DNA of 64,000 bases, taken from contig NC_042998.1 in the NCBI RefSeq assembly GCF_006345805.1, forward strand, positions 97,588,001-97,652,000, written 5' to 3'. This document shows positions 25,550 to 38,430 of the stretch, one piece after another. The stretch comes from Octopus sinensis. Taxonomy: Eukaryota. A model generated the notes under the pieces. It was not told the origin of the DNA. It searched no databases and was given only the letters and a program-made list of their open reading frames with translations. The position numbers and the translations under genes are program-made. How positions within the stretch are numbered: the stretch's first letter is position 1; each line of letters starts with the position of its first letter.

Positions 25550-27635
25550 AAGGTGCATGGCCTGGGGCTATAGTAAAACACTTGCTTGAGGTGTGCAGTG
25601 CTGTGGAACTGGACTCAAAATATGTGTCTGCAAAGCAAGCTTCTTTACCAGACAGCCAAGCCTAATAGTTGAAAGGGAAGAAAAACCAGCTAATAAATAG
25701 CCTTGAACCTACAATATTTTGGCTGTAAAATGCTTTTATAATGAGGGTTATACTGACATTTTTAATTATGATGGTATCTCTTTACAAGCAGGAGGAAAAT
25801 TATGTCATTTGCCATGCTATCTAGAATACAGAAAGTAGACGTGAGTTTTACATCATTGGAACATTTTAACCGGGACATATCTCAAATTATTTAACCTAAT
25901 TTCTGAAGCAGAGGAGGTGTAATGAGTGGTCTTATATTATGTTAAGGAAGTCATAGGAACAAGTTATGACTTGCTGCAAGGATATGAATTAAAGAATTAA
26001 TTTGCACAAATTACTAAAAATATAAAAAAGAAACAAAAATACCTCACTGTTTATAATGAGAAGTCTCATTCATTTAGCATCATAGGAAAACATTAATAAA
26101 AGCAAAATAAGACAGAAATATATTTCTAGCATCATGATATTTAAAGTAAATAATTTTGATTACCACATGACTTCACTCATATTATACTATAAGTAGTAAG
26201 ATGCACCCTGTAATTAACTAGGTATATTTGGGGGAGAAAAAATATATTTGGATGATTTATGAGCATAATATCAAAGATTCCTAAAAAGGATGAAATAGTA
26301 CTATACATGATTGCCATGAACTAGAAATTATAAGAAATTTTTCTTGAATAAATAATTAGATTATATATACTTATGTATTTATATGAACTCTTTGTATCCT
26401 TTACATATTCCTTGATACCAAATTCAAATTTCTAATCTTGCCTCATACTGTGAGAAGAAAGTTATCTCTCTTTGTAGCGATGGCCATCCAGAAGGCTCCA
26501 GGTGTGTATCAAAGATTTCTTTTAAACATTTTATAAATTTGATTAGCTTTTATCTGTTGTAATAAATGATTTGTAGATATTTGACTTGTATTTTATTTGA
26601 TTTCCCATTCCAGTTTTATGCTTTTAATTATTTTCACAAACAACAATGTAAGTCTGATACAGTACAAGTTATCTATCATATAAAATAGACCTGTGTGTGT
26701 GTTCGTTTTTCACACAAATTGGTTCCATGCTTGGGATGCATGAATAATTTGACCTCGGGTACATAATAGGGTCTTCATTTTATCTTTTTATTAAAAATAG
26801 ATAAGATTGCTTTATATGTGATTCACTTCTTTAAAAAGGTTTTTCAATGTCAACTTCCAGTATTGATGTAGCAACTACCTAAACAATATTAATTTATTAC
26901 AGGCAAAATTTTCCGTTTTCATTTGCAAAGTCTCTCACTCTCAATTTTAATGTTTTCATTTCAAGTTTTCATTCACTATTTGCAAACAACAATGATAAAT
27001 TACTGAAAGAAATATTTACTAAACAAGTGAGAATTTTTAGAAATTAAAGTTTTCAAGAAAATTTACTTTCTGAACTTCCTTTTATTATTGAATATTTCAA
27101 GTTCACAAATTTAAATATTCGGTACAAGATAGTTTTTAATGAGCTTTTATTTATACAATTTTTCATTTCATGTTCATTTAATTCATTGTTTGCAATGTTC
27201 CCTCTCCCACACACATGCATACACCTTATCTCTCTAATATAAACACACACACACCACACTCCAAGTTTGATTTTGTTATTACACAAATATCACATTAGGA
27301 TTTTGCGATTCAACATGGGGCATCCAAAAAAATATGGACATTCTTTGAACCTGCACACTTCGTTAATTTCCATAACAAATTTTTACTTATTTATTTTTTG
27401 TGCACTGTGTTCAGCTCTATGTATTTGTAGTCAATCACACACACACACATGTTTTTGTACATATATTTGTATACATTTATTTATGCATGTGTGTTTGTGT
27501 GAATGTGTGTGTGTGTGAGAGAGAGAGAGTGAGTGAAGGGGTGTGTTGTCATGTATACGTACATACATCAATACATATGCATACATCTTTTTTGGATGTA
27601 TGTGTGTGTGTCATGTCTGTTATGTCTAAGTGGCA

Positions 27636-27675
<40 letters not shown>

Positions 27676-28074
27676 TTCTCACACACACATGCACACATAC
27701 ATAAAAAAAGATGTATGCATATTTATTTATGTATGTATACATGACAACACACTCCTTCACTCTCTCTCCCTCTCTCACACACACACACGCATACACACAC
27801 ATCCATTTCATATACATGTACATGCATCTTTCACTTTCTTCTCCCTTTCACTTTAAAACAAAAGGAAATGAATAAAGATATTTTATGGAAATTAATGAAC
27901 AAAACCAGCTGTTCATTTTGGCATTTCTGCAGGTTCAAACGAAAGAATGTTAAAATATGCTCTTGAAAAAGAACATTTAGCAGCAAAGGCATGATGGCAG
28001 ACAATATCATAAAAATTATTAGAATTGAGAATCAAATTGGTAAATATTATGAAGTGGCTAGCAGAAAACAACTC

Positions 28075-28322
28075 GTGTGCTGCCATCTATTGATTGAAGG
28101 CTTGGCCCTGGGGGATGAACTCTCAATGAACAATACCACATTTCCGGGGGTGATGCTCATGGTAGGTCTTCCAGGGAGCTAATTGTCTTCCTGAAGTGTT
28201 CTTTTGCTTTTGAAGTGCCTGTGCCACTCGACACACTGCACACAACCCATTGCCTCATCATTGTAAACTTGTCAAAGCATGGACAATGTCTCTGTAGCAA
28301 ACTTCCCAAGTCTTTCTGCTAG
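28075..28322 (-). mobile_element. Mariner deletion derivative, partial copy A
   Basis: Homologous to 28840-29070, including the same internal deletion junction. Confidence 0.85.
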
Positions 28323-28334
28323 TGTTTAATTAAA

Positions 28335-29282
28335 AAAATAACTTATTTACTTCAATTTTAACAACATCTCTTTCAAAATAGTCACCTTGTGCAGCAATAC
28401 ACCAAACACAGTGATTCTGCCACTTTTGGAATCCAACCTGGAAGTCATTATCCATAGTTGAGTCGAAGACTTTTAGTTGAACAAATAGACTCTGTTTCTT
28501 AATTTCTAAGTCTGGTATTTATGCTAATAGTTTTCTTTGTTTTGTTAAGTTTTGCTTGCCAGACCACTAATACTCTGGATTTCAATGACAGCATTAAAAC
28601 AGTGACATTTCAGCTGCATTTTCATTTTGGGGAAGAAATGAATGTCTGCAGGTGCTAAATCTGGTGAATAGGACAGGTGCAGAAGAGATACTCAGTTGTT
28701 TTTGGTGAGAAACTCACAAGTGAGGAGAGCTCAGTGATAGGGTGCATTGTTGTCATGAAGAATCCAATTGTTTGTGCTCCACAGATCCATACACTTTTGT
28801 TGAATGTCCTCTCTCAGACACTTCAAAACGTTGCAGTAAAATGCTTGATTGAAGGTCTGACCCTGGGGGATGAACTCTTGATGAACAATACCACATTTCC
28901 AAGGATGACGCACATTGTAGGTCTTCCAGAGAGCTAATTGTCTTCCTGGAGTGTTCTTTTGCTTTTGAAGTGCTTGTGCCACTCAACATATTGCACACAA
29001 CCCATTGCCTAATCGTTGTAAACTTGTCAAAGCATGAACAATGTCTCTGTAGCAGAATTCCCAAGTTTAACACAAAATTTTGTGTTGGCTCTTTGTTCCT
29101 GCCCATGACAAAATCACAGACTACTGCATACATCTGATCCCAAAGACACAAATTTCACAACGTGCAATGTCACTCAGCACACTGCCTCATGAAGGTCACT
29201 GCTAGCTCTTATTGTGCACACAACTGTGTCTTGCCATCTATTGGTGCACTGCAGAACTAGTCTGGAAACTTTTTGATATTAC
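28335..29282 (-). mobile_element. Mariner (DD34D-type) internally deleted transposase, copy B
   Basis: KFCVKLGNSATETL..LRQVY (HTH), GIVHQEFIPQGQTFNQAFYCNVLKCLRE, WILHDNNAPYH, C-terminal IAAQGDYFE; TIR-like atcaaaaagtttccagactag at the right end. Confidence 0.9.
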
Positions 29283-30098
29283 ATTGCAAATCGACTGAAT
29301 TCAAGGTTTATTTTCTCTAATAATCTATTAAAATGACATAAAGTAAAAAAAGATGTAACTTGAAATAATGTAAGTTGAGGCATGCTTATGGGTGCTTGTG
29401 TGTGTGTGCATATACAGTGCACAAAGGTTTTTGATTACTCTGTGACTTCTGCTGATTATTAATAAAATATATAGTGTGTGTGTATATATAAAATATATAT
29501 GTGTGTGTCCACCATGTCCTATAGCAGAAACAGCTGTAACCTAATGAAGTTCATTACATGACATTTGTTTTTGCCAGTATCATCTCCTTGTTTCTGTTAC
29601 CACTCTATACTCATCTAACATCATGTTCTGGACCATACATATATTGAGTTCTACACCAGGTTATTAGTTTCACTATGCCTGAGAGAAATATTAAAATATG
29701 TGTAATACATATATGTGTGTGTATACATATATATATATATACATACACACATATATATATTGTACATATTGGAAGCATGTGGTTGGGAAGCAAGCTTCTT
29801 ACCACACAGGTGTACATGCATATATCTATTATGTATATATATGTGTATGTGTATGAGCAAGTGTGTGTTTGTGACGCCCTGTCTTGACATCATGCAATAG
29901 CTGTAAACCACTGTCACCATAATACAGTGACACTTGCTTCCAGTTTTCCATGAAAACATGTCTGGGGATAGGAAAATATTACCTTACTTTTCTTGGAAAC
30001 ATCTGAGGTGAAAAGAAGGGCATCTCCATAAAGAAAATCTGCCTCAGCAAATTACATCTGACTCTTGCAAGCTTGGAAAAGTAGATGATAAATGCTGC

Positions 30099-30133
<35 letters not shown>

Positions 30134-30134
30134 G

Positions 30135-30210
<76 letters not shown>

Positions 30211-30294
30211 ATGTATGTATGTATGTATGTATGTATATATATATATAATTAACAAAAGTACAAGAGATTAGGATAATGGTTAATGAACATCATT

Positions 30295-30375
30295 AACTTA
30301 CAGTTGTTTCTGCTGTAGGACGCAGTGCAGTTAGAGCTTAGTACTTGTGGATCACCTTATAGCTTCTTCAGAGCT
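30295..30375 (-). ncRNA. Minimal type I hammerhead ribozyme motif, core intact
   Basis: Minus strand: agct-CTGAAGA-a-gctataagg...cctacagc-a-GAA-aca-ac-tgt-A-agtt. Stem I agct/agtt, stem III aca/tgt, GUA triplet. Confidence 0.7.
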
Positions 30376-30979
30376 TTTGAAGCATATGTACATTGAGTTG
30401 TAACAACACTAAGTTGTTAGTATTGCTGTGCTTAAGTGAAATATTAAAATCTACATGTGTGTGTGTGTGTGTGTGTGGTTTGATAACAATTGGTTAATAA
30501 ACGAATTAATGTGCAAGTGGCTGAGTATTCCATAAGCTTGTGTGCCCCTTCCCCTCCCCTACCTTAATGTATTTTTAGTTCTTGTACAGTATCAGTGTGA
30601 TTTGGTAAGCAGCAAGGCTGATTCTTTGATTTACAGAGCCTGTACATCCTATGGGCTTCTACAGTTTTTACCTCCACACCAATCTATTCACAAGGTATGG
30701 GTCAACCCAAGGCCATAAAATAATGGCATTGGCCCTAAATACCATATAATCTAATCAGATACAAATCATTTTTGCAGCTACCACAGCTTGAAGAGGAGGT
30801 AGCAGGGAAGTTCACCAGAGGATTGTCTCAACAACTGCATGATCTTTCAGTTCTGGAAAAGGATACACTGAGAATTAAATATCTCGGATGTGGTTACACA
30901 AATGTGCCCCTGGCAGGATACACACCATAACTGTCCCTCACTTAAACCTTGAACAGATACCTCTTCTCAAATCAATCAT

Positions 30980-31014
<35 letters not shown>

Positions 31015-31208
31015 GAGGATGTGTGATTTTATGGTTTCATGAGTGAAAACTTTAAAGTGTGTAAGAATTTGTAGAATCTAATATACATGTATTATATTTT
31101 AAAAGCTATGCAATTATACACACATACACACACGCACACAAATTTATATATATATATATTATATATATATATATATAATATATATATATATATACATACA
31201 TACATATA

Positions 31209-32067
31209 TGGAGTGCAGTGAATAAATTGTCATTTAAATTACGCAAAATGAAAATAACACTGACATCTCATTTTAACAGATGTATTTGCCAAATTACATA
31301 AAAATATCTTGAAATACTAAAGAGTAAATTTATTCAATAAAATCGCCATTGGCTTCAACCACGGCCTCCAGATGACTTCAAAATCTCCAGCAACTCTTCT
31401 GGATGGTCTCTTTGTTTAAGTTGGTCAATGCTGCCACAATCTTTGCCTTCAGTTCATCTTTAGTGTTACAAAAGTTTCGTTGGTCTCTCACTCAACTGCA
31501 CCCCACACATAATAATCAGGGGGTTGCAGTCTGAGGTGTTAGGTGGCCAGATGTTAGGGGTGCTGTGGTCACAGAAATTGTCTGACAGCCATGGCCGGGT
31601 TCTCCTGCTTGTGTGGCAAGGTGCAGAGTTATGTTGCCAAACACAGGGTCTTCCAGCAGCCACCCTCTTGACCCAGGGCAACACTACCTCCTCCAGGCAC
31701 TTGATCTAGGCCTCCATATTGATTCTGAGGTCACGTGGGAAGATGAATAGAGGCATAACAGTGCCATCACTAGTGATCACTCCAAACATCATGGTGTTGA
31801 CTGGATGTTTGATTTTTATCAGATTGACACCCAAATTGACACCCAAAAACTCTGAAATATTTGTATCAGAGCTTCTTGCATGAATGTCAAGCAGTACAGC
31901 ATGTTGTTTCCCAATGTCTGGTAGAGTGAATTGCATCATGGTGCTGTTTTTCTTGCAGATGGTGCCAACTGACCCTACTATACTGTGTAGTCGACAAAAT
32001 CAAAAACAAACAATATGCATGAAATTAAAAAGATGAAATGGCGACAATTTAGCCACTGCACACTGTA
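31209..32067 (-). mobile_element. maT/DD37D-like Tc1/mariner deletion derivative with TIRs
   Basis: MMFGVITSDGTVMPLFIFP, LPWVKRVAAGRPCVWQHNSAPCHTS, IWPPNTSDCNPL, VEANGDFIE; imperfect TIRs gtgcagtg..taaattgtc at both ends. Confidence 0.9.
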
Positions 32068-32084
32068 TGTATATGTATGTATAT

Positions 32085-32420
32085 GGGAGTTCTAATTGCT
32101 GAGTCACTAACAGAACTAGAGGAGAAGTTTCAGGTGTGGAAACAAGGATTAGAATTGAAGGGCATTAGAGTCAACCTAGCTAAAACCAAAGTCCTAATAA
32201 GTAGGAAGGCAGGCAAACCACAAATCCCTTCAGGTAGATGGCCCTGTTCGATCTGTAGAAAAGGCGTAGGTAGAAACTCTATAAGATGTACCCAGTGTAA
32301 GTTATGGACACATAAGAGGTGCAGCAATATTAAAGGAAGGCTAATTGGGATGATAGTTTTCGTATGTGGCAGATGCTCGGGAGCTATAAATAACACTGAA
32401 AATGTGCAGAGAACAACTTC
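32085..32420 (+). mobile_element. RTE LINE RT fragment with embedded Cys/His (PHD-like) finger
   Basis: LIAESLTELEEKFQVWKQGLELKGIRVNLAKTKVL followed by WPCSICRKGVGRNSIRCTQCKLWTHKRCSNI...FVCGRC. Confidence 0.9.
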
Positions 32421-32722
32421 TGCCTCACTAGCACTTGTGCTTGGGGCATGTGAAATATTCGAGCGAGGTCATCGCCAGTGCCACTGGACTGGCTCCTGTG
32501 CAGGTGGCACATAAAAAACACCATTTGGGCGTGACCATTGCCAGTACCACCAAACTGGCACGTAAAAGCACCCACTACACTCTCAGAGTGGTTGGCATTA
32601 GGAAGGGCATCCAGCTGTAGAAACTCTGCAAGATCAGATTGGAGTCTGGTTCACCAGACCTCAGTCAAGTCGTCCAACCTATGCCAGCATAGAAAGTGGA
32701 CATTAAATGAAGATGATGATGA

Positions 32723-32725
<3 letters not shown>
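32420..32725 (+). mobile_element. Family C element 3' part with (GAT)n tail
   Basis: Conserved core and tail, directly after the RTE fragment on the same strand. Confidence 0.8.
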
Positions 32726-32799
<74 letters not shown>

Positions 32800-32819
32800 A
32801 TATATATATATATATATAT

Positions 32820-33575
32820 ATAAATGGACTCATGGTAAATGTAAGAAAATGAAAAAGGTGACCACCAACACTGACGGGAGAGTTTGTTTGTGGAAGATGT
32901 GAGAAAGGAGCTGGAGGGCTAGCAGAACTAATAGAAACACTATATGATGAGATGGAAATGGTAAGAGGGTTTTGTTATTTGGGAGATAGGATGGATGTAA
33001 ATGGTGGATGTGAAGCAAGAGTGAGACTTGGCTGGGTAAAGTTCAGGGAATGTGGAACGTTGTCAAATGAGAAATGGTTCTCATTAAAGATGAAATGAAG
33101 GGTTTACAAGAGTTGTATGAGAGCTGCAATGCTGTATGGGAGCGAGACATAGTGTCTGAGGGAAAGAGAGATGATAATTTTGAGAAGGACTGAGAGAGCA
33201 ATGGTGAGAGAAATCTGTGGGATGAAATTCTTTGATAAAAGGAGGATTGAGGATTTGATAGGAATGCTGGTGCTGGAGGAATCGGTGAAACGGTTGGCAA
33301 AGACAAATGGAGTGAGGTGGAATGCACATGCATTGAGGAGGGACAAAGAGCATGTTCTGAGGAGGGTGATTGCATTTGAGGTAAATGGAGCATAAAAGTG
33401 AAGTAGACTGAGGAAAAGATGGAGGGGGCAGGTGGAGGAGGAGATTGGGCGGGTTTGGTTGAAAAAGGTGGACACACAAAACCAGACAAGATGGTGAGGG
33501 CAGTTACTATGGGATTGAGGTATATCTGGCCACTCCCATCAAAGGAGATAAAACCCAGATTTAAAATACTGAATA

Positions 33576-33619
<44 letters not shown>

Positions 33620-33627
33620 TGATGATG

Positions 33628-33630
<3 letters not shown>
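32820..33630 (+). mobile_element. RTE LINE 3' end with (GAT)n tail (second RTE family)
   Basis: FCYLGDRM..NGGCE, RVRLGWVKFREC, AMLYGSET, ILRRTERAMVREICG, NGVRWNAHALRR, then the (gat)n tail. Confidence 0.9.
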
Positions 33631-33685
<55 letters not shown>

Positions 33686-34051
33686 TATATATGTATGTAA
33701 GAATGTATATGTATGTTTGTATATAAGCATAAAAGTATATGCATATATATGTATATATGTGATGGTGGGGTTATCTTTTACTTGTTTCAGCTATTGGACT
33801 GTGGTCATGCTGGGGTACCACATTCAAAGGTTTTATTTGAACAAATTAACCCTGTTTCTTAATGTCTAAGTCTGGTACTTATTCTAAAAGTTTTGTATGT
33901 TTTGTTTGTTTTGTTTGCCAAACCATTAAGTTAGAGTGATCTAAACAAACCAATAGCAGTTGTCAAATGGGAGTGGAGCAAAATACAAACACAAAATCAC
34001 ACATTGACACAGACAGACAGATATACACACACACACATGTGCATGCAGAGA

Positions 34052-34087
<36 letters not shown>

Positions 34088-34179
34088 TATTCTTTTCTAC
34101 TCTAGGCACAAGGCTTGAAATTTTGGGGAAGGGGGACAATCGATTAGATCAACCCCAGTATGCAACTGGTACTTGGCTG

Positions 34180-34570
34180 TGTGGTAAGTAGCTTGCTTAC
34201 CAACCACATGGTTCCGGGTTCAGTCTCACTGCGTGGCACCTTGGGCAAGTGTCTTCTACTATAGCCACGGGCCGACCAAAATCTTGTGAGTGGATTTGGT
34301 TGACGGAAACTGAGAGAAGCCAGTCGTATATATGTATATGTATATATATGTGTGTGTGTTTGTATGTCTGTGTTTGTCTCCCCAACATCGCTTGACAACC
34401 GATGCTGGTGTGTTTAGGTCTCCGTAACTTAGCGGTTCGGCAAAAGAGACCAATAGAATAAGTACTAGGCTTACAAAGAATAAGTCCTGGGGTCAATTTG
34501 CTCGACTAAATGCGGTGCTCCAGTATGGCTGCAGTCAAATGACTGAAACAAATAAAAGAGTAAAGAGAGA
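34180..34570 (+). mobile_element. tRNA-derived SINE (family A), near full length, CpG-rich (young)
   Basis: ggctgtgtggtaagtagcttgcttacc...aatgactgaaacaaataaaagagtaaagag. Confidence 0.9.
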
Positions 34571-35289
34571 GTAAAGAGAGAGACCCTGAAAGGATGAAAG
34601 GCAAAGTCAACCTCAGTGGAATTTGAACTCAGAACGTAAAGACAGATGGAATACTGCTAAGCATTTTGCTCGGCATGCAAACGTTTCTGCCAGCTCGCCG
34701 CCTTACACATAAGTTTATTCAATTAACTTCTTTCAATTTCCATTTAACAAATCAACCCTCAAGGCTTTGGTTAGCCCAAGGCTATACTAGAAGATATTTA
34801 CTCATGGTGCTTTGTGCCTGTGTTTGTCCCCCACCACTGCTGACAACCAGTGTTGGTTTGTTTACATCCCCACAACTTAGTGATTCAGCAAAAAAGAATC
34901 AGCAGAACATGTACCAGACTTAAAAATAAGCAATGGGGTCCTAGCATAGCTGCAGTCTAATAATAGAAGCAAGTAAAGAATAGAAAGTTGTGTGTGTGTG
35001 CATGTGTGTGTGGGGGGGTGTATGTGTGTGTGTGCGTGTGTGTGTTGTCAGATAAATTTGACAAATAAACCTAAAAATTAATGTCTTCATTTCCTGCATG
35101 AAATTTCTTAGTGAAACAAAGCAGCTTCTCTACTTCTATGAAATGAATAAATTACCAGCTACGGTTGACCCCTGTTTTAACAGTGTAAATATAATAAAAT
35201 ATAATAAAGATGATTCTAAATAGGAATTAAAAGCTGCTTATTATGTAGACTACTGATAATTTTTAATAAATTTATATTTCTTGGCAGCC

Positions 35290-35900
35290 TACATCAAGTA
35301 TGATAGTGCACATTCTGATTTTAGAATATTTTAAGAACAGGTTGCGACAGTTAGACTATGCTTCACTGATGAAGCATGTCTAATAAGACAGAAGCATATC
35401 TGGAGTTATTACTATACTGCTTTCTGTAGGGTCATCTACACCATTATTCAAAATTGGAGCTTATAGATGGTTTCCAAACTCAGTTGCAACATGTGTTTTG
35501 TCACATCAGTAAAATTCTGACTCATGGTTACTTTTAGGAATTTGTTTGTATCGGGATGTGATGATATCAAGAAAATCAAAGCACTGATGCTCAACAACTA
35601 CACATCATATTCTTTGACTGACATCACCAAAAATTCTTATGAATCCAAAATTGTTGATTGAAAAATCAGTCAAGCTTTGATAATGCTAATCACAAGCTAT
35701 AAAAGAGAAAACACCACCAGGCAGTTGAACAGAGTCAGATAAATACAGAACCAGGCTTGATTAAGTCAGCAGTTAGCAAGCTGATACCTGGAGACAAAAT
35801 GCTGTTGACAAATAAAGACAATAGAAACTGAAAGAATCTTGTGTTGAGAAACCAAGCATGACTGCAAAAAAAATTCTTTCTCTAACAGATACTACCATCA
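35290..35900 (+). pseudogene. Highly decayed RTE/BovB-like RT remnant
   Basis: EQVATVR (cf. QEATVR), GCDDIKKIKALML (cf. YADD..ELKSLL) and PSMTAKK (cf. PWTARR), in the expected order with many stops. Confidence 0.4.
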
Positions 35901-36599
35901 AAATGCCACCCAAACTTCTAACATACTAATAATTTTAGCTGATTCTGTTTTGGCAACCTGACTGCCTGCAAAATATGAATGCTACACTAGCTAACCATTC
36001 CAGTGTATCAACATTCCTCATCACACAGAAAAATCCATCATGATATTGTGAAATGAACCCTACTTTATTTTATTTATCTATTTATTTATTATTTATTTTT
36101 TTATTTATGTTTTTGTTTTGCTCTACCAGACTGACCATAATGAAGAACTAATTTTGATTTATATTCCTTTTAACTTTGACTCATCCTCATATTATTGCAA
36201 ATTCATTTAAGTTTTGAGGCTATTTCTCTCGTATTTCTCTACTAGAATAAGTAATTAAGATAAAGATTTCTCTCCCCCTTATCACTCTGAGTGTAATTTT
36301 ATTTAATTAAAAAGTTTTGATTTATTACATCAAGCATATTAGTACATATTACAGAAAATTTAATCCCACTAAACATGACAAGAAGCCCAGACATGCTTTG
36401 CTGGCTGACTGATGCAAAATACAACCCTATGTGTTGACAATGAGACTGTTGTTCACAGTCACCAAGCACATGGCAAGATATGCAAACAGCTGCAAACAGG
36501 AAAGCATTTCTAGGTTTCTTGACTTTTTTACTAAGATTAAATTCTCTGTAATACATATAAATTTACTAGATGTAATAAATTAAATTTTTTTAGTCAAAT

Positions 36600-36835
36600 A
36601 ATTAGAATGTGATTAGAATGTCACAGGAAAGACTCACAAGACAGATTCTTCAAGCTGAGCCAACTGACAGGAGACAATGGAGTAGATCAAGAATGAGATA
36701 GTTGGATAAAATCCATAATCTCAGTTGGCAGTGCCTAGGAATCCATCTGGAAAATGGAGGTAGTGCTTGAGGACTCTACCCCAACAACCCTTCCAGAAAA
36801 GTGGTCAGAGAAGAAAGACGAATGGATGGATGGAA
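36600..36835 (+). mobile_element. RTE-type LINE 3' end remnant
   Basis: VIRMSQERLTRQILQAEPTDRRQWSRSRMR*LDKIHNLSWQCLG, followed by a short ggat tail. Confidence 0.6.
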
Positions 36836-37875
36836 TAAAGTTACTCCATAGTAACAACGAGAAAACAGTCATTATCATAATGATTTATTCTGGTAAAGAA
36901 ATGTAAGGAAGACAACCTCATAATTAAAATTAAAATTAGAATTTTCATAAATGAAGGACTTCTACACAGTTTCTGACAACCAAATTTCACCAAGACACTG
37001 TCCAATCCGAAGCTATGGTAGAAGATACTTGCCCAAGAATTCACTCAGGGGAATCAAATCTGGAACCATGTCATTGTAAAGATGAACTCCTTAATCATAC
37101 ACCTAAGCCTGTACAGTAATTATGATAACGATCATGATTTAGATTATGATAATTATCAATTATCATAATTATGATAATGTCAAAGGGAAATTTGACAAGA
37201 CAGTCAGTCACCCACTGACACTCATTGACACTACATCGAAGAGGCCGGGGAACAGAAGAAAGAAGAAGAAAGAAGATATGTACCCAACACCAGAGCTGAC
37301 ATCTCCGAAAGGGGGGGGGGGCGCCACATCAAAATGGTAGAGGAGTAGGGGCCGAAACCGGACGTGGTTCCTCCTGATGATGTCTTGAGCTAACTGGATC
37401 CTATAAAGGAGCTGTTGTGGTAGCAGACCACAAAACATGGTTGAAATTCCCCCAACAACAATGATCAAATAGATTTATATAGTAAAAAGCATTCCAGTCA
37501 TGGTCTTTTTTTTTGTTTTTGTTTTTGCTTTTGTCAGCTATACTCTCTCTTGACCTACATTATCTAATATATTCTTTCAGTTTTTAAGAATGTAAGACGT
37601 GGTTTGGGAGAGATTTGGTTACTATTTCTAGCAAGTCGAGTAACTACATAGACATTCTCTTGCTGGCTCACATATGTAGAAATAATATACTGAGGCTGAG
37701 TTAATCGACTGTACCCTACTGCAAAACTTTCTGGCTCTGTGCCAATGTCGGAAATCAATATTAACTTAAACACTTTTGATTAAGACCAGACCACCTAATT
37801 ACATTTACAGATACATAACATTGTTAAATGTGCATTAAATAAAAGCAATAGAAAAAAAAAATATATATATATGTC

Positions 37876-38105
37876 AGTATGTATGTATGTATGTATGTAT
37901 GTATGTATGTATGTATGTATGTATGTATGTATGTATGTATGTATGTATGGATGGATGGATGGATGGATGGATGGATGGATGGATGGATGGATGGATGGAT
38001 GGATGGATGGATGGATGGATGGATGGATGGATGGATGGATGGATGGATGGATGGATGGATGGATGGATGGATGGATGGATGGATGGATGTGTGTATGTAT
38101 GTATG
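37876..38105. repeat. (ATGT)n-(ATGG)n compound microsatellite
   Basis: Seen directly; source of the MDGW and HPSI ORFs. Confidence 0.95.
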
Positions 38106-38430
38106 TGTAAATATATATATGTGTATATATACATACACAATCATATATTTCTGTTCCTGATTTCTTCACAAAGAACTGTGTGAATTGTTACATGAATTCT
38201 GTAAGTTTATAAATAGGTAAGTTGTGAAAATAAAGATAAAGCTGCTTTGCTTTTAATAAACTGAAGTCAAGCTTTTAATCTTTTGCTGAAGTGAAAGGAA
38301 AAGCATTTGACAGGAAGGAAAATTATATAAAACCCATTCTCACTAGCTGTGAGCAGTCAGCATGGAACTTAATATTTTGAAAGCAATGCTGAATACAATG
38401 CTCTAACATTAATATTATTATTATCATTAT

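Noticed and set aside
26470-26540. KAPGVYQRFLLNIL resembling a gypsy RT motif
   Set aside because: Isolated 14 residues with wrong spacing to the upstream motif and no other LTR-retrotransposon sequence nearby
36299-36556. KVKKPRNAFLF resembling an HMG-box start
   Set aside because: The rest lacks the HMG aromatic/basic pattern and there is no convincing exon structure; likely chance
37345-37390. GAAAC...GTT-cctc-CTGATGA as a permuted (type II) hammerhead
   Set aside because: Only 4 nt lie between UH and CUGA, so stem I cannot form
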